DNA of 32,000 nucleotides, taken from the NCBI RefSeq assembly GCF_000039765.1, contig NC_004459.3:2986104-3018103 (forward strand), read 5' to 3'. This stretch comes from Vibrio vulnificus CMCP6. Lineage in GTDB: Bacteria > Pseudomonadota > Gammaproteobacteria > Enterobacterales > Vibrionaceae. Shown here piece after piece: positions 29,587 through 32,000 of this stretch (position 1 is its first letter; the number at the start of each line of letters is the position of its first letter). The position numbers were made by a program, and so were the translations under genes. A model generated the notes under the pieces. That model searched no databases. It worked only from the letters and a program-made list of their open reading frames with translations, and was not told the DNA's origin.

Positions 29587-30711
29587 ATGATTATTGGCGT
29601 TCCAAAGGAAATCAAGAACCACGAATACCGTGTTGGTATGATCCCAGCCAGTGTGAGAGAGCTTATCTCACATGGTCACCAAGTTTTTGTTGAAACTAAT
29701 GCCGGTGCAGGCATCGGTTTTTCAGACGATGATTACATCGCTGTAGGCGCATCCATTCTTCCTACTGCTGCTGACGTCTTCGCGAAAGCAGAAATGATTG
29801 TAAAGGTAAAAGAACCTCAAGCTGTTGAGCGAGCCATGCTCAAAGAGGGGCAAATATTATTTACTTATTTGCACCTAGCTCCAGATTTTCCACAAACTGA
29901 AGAGCTAATCAAGAGCAAAGCTGTCTGCATTGCCTATGAGACTGTAACAGATCATATGGGTCGCTTACCACTACTTGCTCCAATGTCTGAAGTTGCTGGC
30001 CGTATGTCTATCCAAGCTGGTGCACAAACTCTAGAAAAATCTCACGGTGGCCGTGGTTTACTTCTTGGTGGTGTACCGGGCGTTGAACCAGCAAAAGTCG
30101 TTGTTATTGGCGGCGGTGTCGTTGGTGCTAACGCTGCTCGTATGGCTGTTGGCCTACGTGCTGATGTTACTATCCTTGACCGTAACGTGGATACGCTTCG
30201 TAAATTAGACGAAGAATTCCAAGGCCGCGCTAAAGTCGTTTATTCTACAGAAGATGCGATCGAGAAGCACGTTCTAGAAGCCGATCTTGTCATCGGTGCG
30301 GTGCTCATCCCAGGCGCAGCAGCACCAAAACTGGTCACAAAAGAACACATCGCTAAGATGAAGCCAGGTGCCGCTGTTGTTGACGTTGCAATCGACCAAG
30401 GCGGTTGTTTCGAAACTTCTCACGCAACCACACACGCAGAGCCGACTTACATTGTTGACGATGTCGTACACTACTGTGTTGCTAATATGCCAGGTGCCGT
30501 CGCTCGCACTTCTACTTTTGCCCTTAATAACGCGACTCTACCTTACATTGTTAAGCTTGCAAACAAAGGATATCGTGAAGCATTGTCAGCAGATAAAGGC
30601 TTCCTACTTGGTCTAAATGTGATTCACGGTAAAGTGACGTGCAAAGAAGTTGCAGAAAGCTTTAACCTAGAATACGTAGATCCAGCAGAAGCCATTCGCA
30701 TGTTTAGCTAA
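29587..30711 (+). CDS. ald: alanine dehydrogenase
   Basis: The protein starts [18 protein letters not shown], has the NAD-binding motif [11 protein letters not shown], and is 374 aa long. An AGGAG ribosome-binding site is present. Confidence 0.93.
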   Translation: MIIGVPKEIKNHEYRVGMIPASVRELISHGHQVFVETNAGAGIGFSDDDYIAVGASILPTAADVFAKAEMIVKVKEPQAVERAMLKEGQILFTYLHLAPDFPQTEELIKSKAVCIAYETVTDHMGRLPLLAPMSEVAGRMSIQAGAQTLEKSHGGRGLLLGGVPGVEPAKVVVIGGGVVGANAARMAVGLRADVTILDRNVDTLRKLDEEFQGRAKVVYSTEDAIEKHVLEADLVIGAVLIPGAAAPKLVTKEHIAKMKPGAAVVDVAIDQGGCFETSHATTHAEPTYIVDDVVHYCVANMPGAVARTSTFALNNATLPYIVKLANKGYREALSADKGFLLGLNVIHGKVTCKEVAESFNLEYVDPAEAIRMFS

Positions 30712-30735
30712 GCTGAAAATTCTAATGCTCTCAGT

Positions 30736-30765
30736 AAAAAGCTCGCATAAATGCGAGCTTTTTTA
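30736..30765 (+). terminator. rho-independent terminator of ald
   Basis: The sequence is AAAAA-GCTCGCA-TAAA-TGCGAGC-TTTTTTA. Confidence 0.85.
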
Positions 30766-30827
30766 TTACGATGCGTTCTAAGTTATAACAACAAATTCTA
30801 TATGTAACACTGCCAAATAAGCATTTT

Positions 30828-32000
30828 TTAGGTGTTCTTTCTGTCAGATGCGTGAATAAGAATATTTCTCGGAGTAATATCTCGATCGCAAAATTCACTT
30901 AGCGATACTTGATACCCTTGTTCTTGGAGATACATGGCTTTGTCATAAATAAGCCACATTTCAATTGCACGTTGAAAGATTTGCTGTACCAAGCTTAGCC
31001 TTTCCATACGCCAAAAACGTTTCGCACCTTCAGCCTCATACTGATCGAAGTTCACTTGCGGCAAGTTCCATTCTTTCAGCTCCGCAGCCCAACGACAAAA
31101 CGCTTCAAAGCCAAGTGAAAGCTGTGACTTTTTAATACTCGGTACAGGCGCATACTCTTTAAAAGCACACTCTTGTCTTAGTAGCAAATCCAAACCAAGA
31201 CGAAAATTCATCTCTAATTGTCGATGTCGCTGAACCCGGCTTCCACCAGTCACTGTCTGCTGCAATGGAATTCGCAGTTCACTTCGGCTAAGACGTATTG
31301 TCGAGAGCTTAGCCACACTCGACAATACTTGGTAAGCGTCGCTCTGAATGAGGTGATAACAACAAGGAGCAATCGTCATCGCTGCTACGCCTTTCTCGCA
31401 ACCATACTGCATCATTCGAACATGTAAATCTCCGCAGGCATGTAAGGCGACGGCATGCTGTTCGGGCTTAAAGTATTGTTTAGATTGACATTCAAGAGCG
31501 TCACCTTGAACAAAATGCATGGGCAGATTCAGTGCATCCGCTTCGGATTGACCACTTTGGCACAAGGGTAACTGATACTCAAAACTCGTCACGCGTTGCC
31601 TGGTTTGGGAAGAAAGAACTCGGCCTAAATATCCCTTACCCGAGCACCATTCCAGCCATTCGCTCCCTTGGTGACGAGTTAGGCTATAAGAGCCCATTGC
31701 TTCAATTTGCTTAAGTTTTCGTCCTGGAATTCCGACACCAAAACGCTCAGCGAGTTTAATGGTCGTTATCGAGTGTGGTGCAAGTGCAATGTTCGCCAAT
31801 ACCGTTCTGCTATCTGGAATAAACCTACCAAGATCTGCCATCAAACTAGTGGGATCGAGTTTGTATTGTGATAACTCTTGCGCTGAGAGTGAGTTTAACC
31901 ACGCACACATATCAGGATGCGTGTCGACCCAAGGAAGTTGTTCATGCAAACTTTGATGAAATGGTTCAAAACGCCAGAATCGTTGGTGCTCAGTAAGCCA
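30828..32000 (-). CDS. SAM-dependent-methyltransferase-like protein, 5' end outside the window
   Basis: The reading frame stays open to base 32000; upstream of the track's TTG it reads WLTEHQRFWRFEPFHQSL. The protein contains a glycine-rich EWCSGKGYLG motif and resembles the Methyltransf_32-type family. The substrate is unknown. Confidence 0.6.
   Translation of the reverse strand, partial: WLTEHQRFWRFEPFHQSLHEQLPWVDTHPDMCAWLNSLSAQELSQYKLDPTSLMADLGRFIPDSRTVLANIALAPHSITTIKLAERFGVGIPGRKLKQIEAMGSYSLTRHQGSEWLEWCSGKGYLGRVLSSQTRQRVTSFEYQLPLCQSGQSEADALNLPMHFVQGDALECQSKQYFKPEQHAVALHACGDLHVRMMQYGCEKGVAAMTIAPCCYHLIQSDAYQVLSSVAKLSTIRLSRSELRIPLQQTVTGGSRVQRHRQLEMNFRLGLDLLLRQECAFKEYAPVPSIKKSQLSLGFEAFCRWAAELKEWNLPQVNFDQYEAEGAKRFWRMERLSLVQQIFQRAIEMWLIYDKAMYLQEQGYQVSLSEFCDRDITPRNILIHASDRKNT

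Overview
This window reads as core Vibrionaceae (Vibrio-type, chromosome-1-like) housekeeping DNA. I found no transposase, integrase, phage, CRISPR or recognisable defence genes. Gene order is: hisD'-hisG-hisL (attenuator), a lysine-riboswitch-controlled NhaC-family transporter, hns, gsk, a small acidic ORF, mnmA-hflD-purB, an eight-gene lipid-modification operon, htpX, a small ORF, bioDCFB divergent from bioA (with a bioO-like operator), serS, rarA, lolA, ftsK, lrp divergent from ald, and a 5'-truncated SAM-methyltransferase-like gene. The organism assignment is an inference from protein similarity and synteny recalled from memory; no search was run. The best candidate for a poorly described system is the tightly coupled eight-gene operon at 9484-15571 (minus strand). 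It encodes an NTF2-like protein, an SDR, a flavin oxidoreductase, DUF1365, a CFA-synthase-like methyltransferase, a DUF2878 membrane protein, a secreted chalcone-isomerase-fold protein and a DUF3833 lipoprotein. A TGATCC-N15-CGTAT motif that resembles ChrR-type ECF sigma-E promoters lies upstream of it, and two perfect inverted repeats sit in its leader. Other observations:
- A lysine riboswitch precedes the NhaC-type transporter.
- Palindromic PurR boxes lie upstream of gsk and purB.
- A (GAGAATC)x8 tandem repeat starts directly after the purB stop codon.
- htpX shows an apparent 1-nt frame disruption at its 5' end.
- The his operon has a short His5 leader peptide with an attenuator.
Several ORF-track starts are non-ATG codons or upstream extensions. 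I adjusted these where homolog N-termini and ribosome-binding sites supported a different start.
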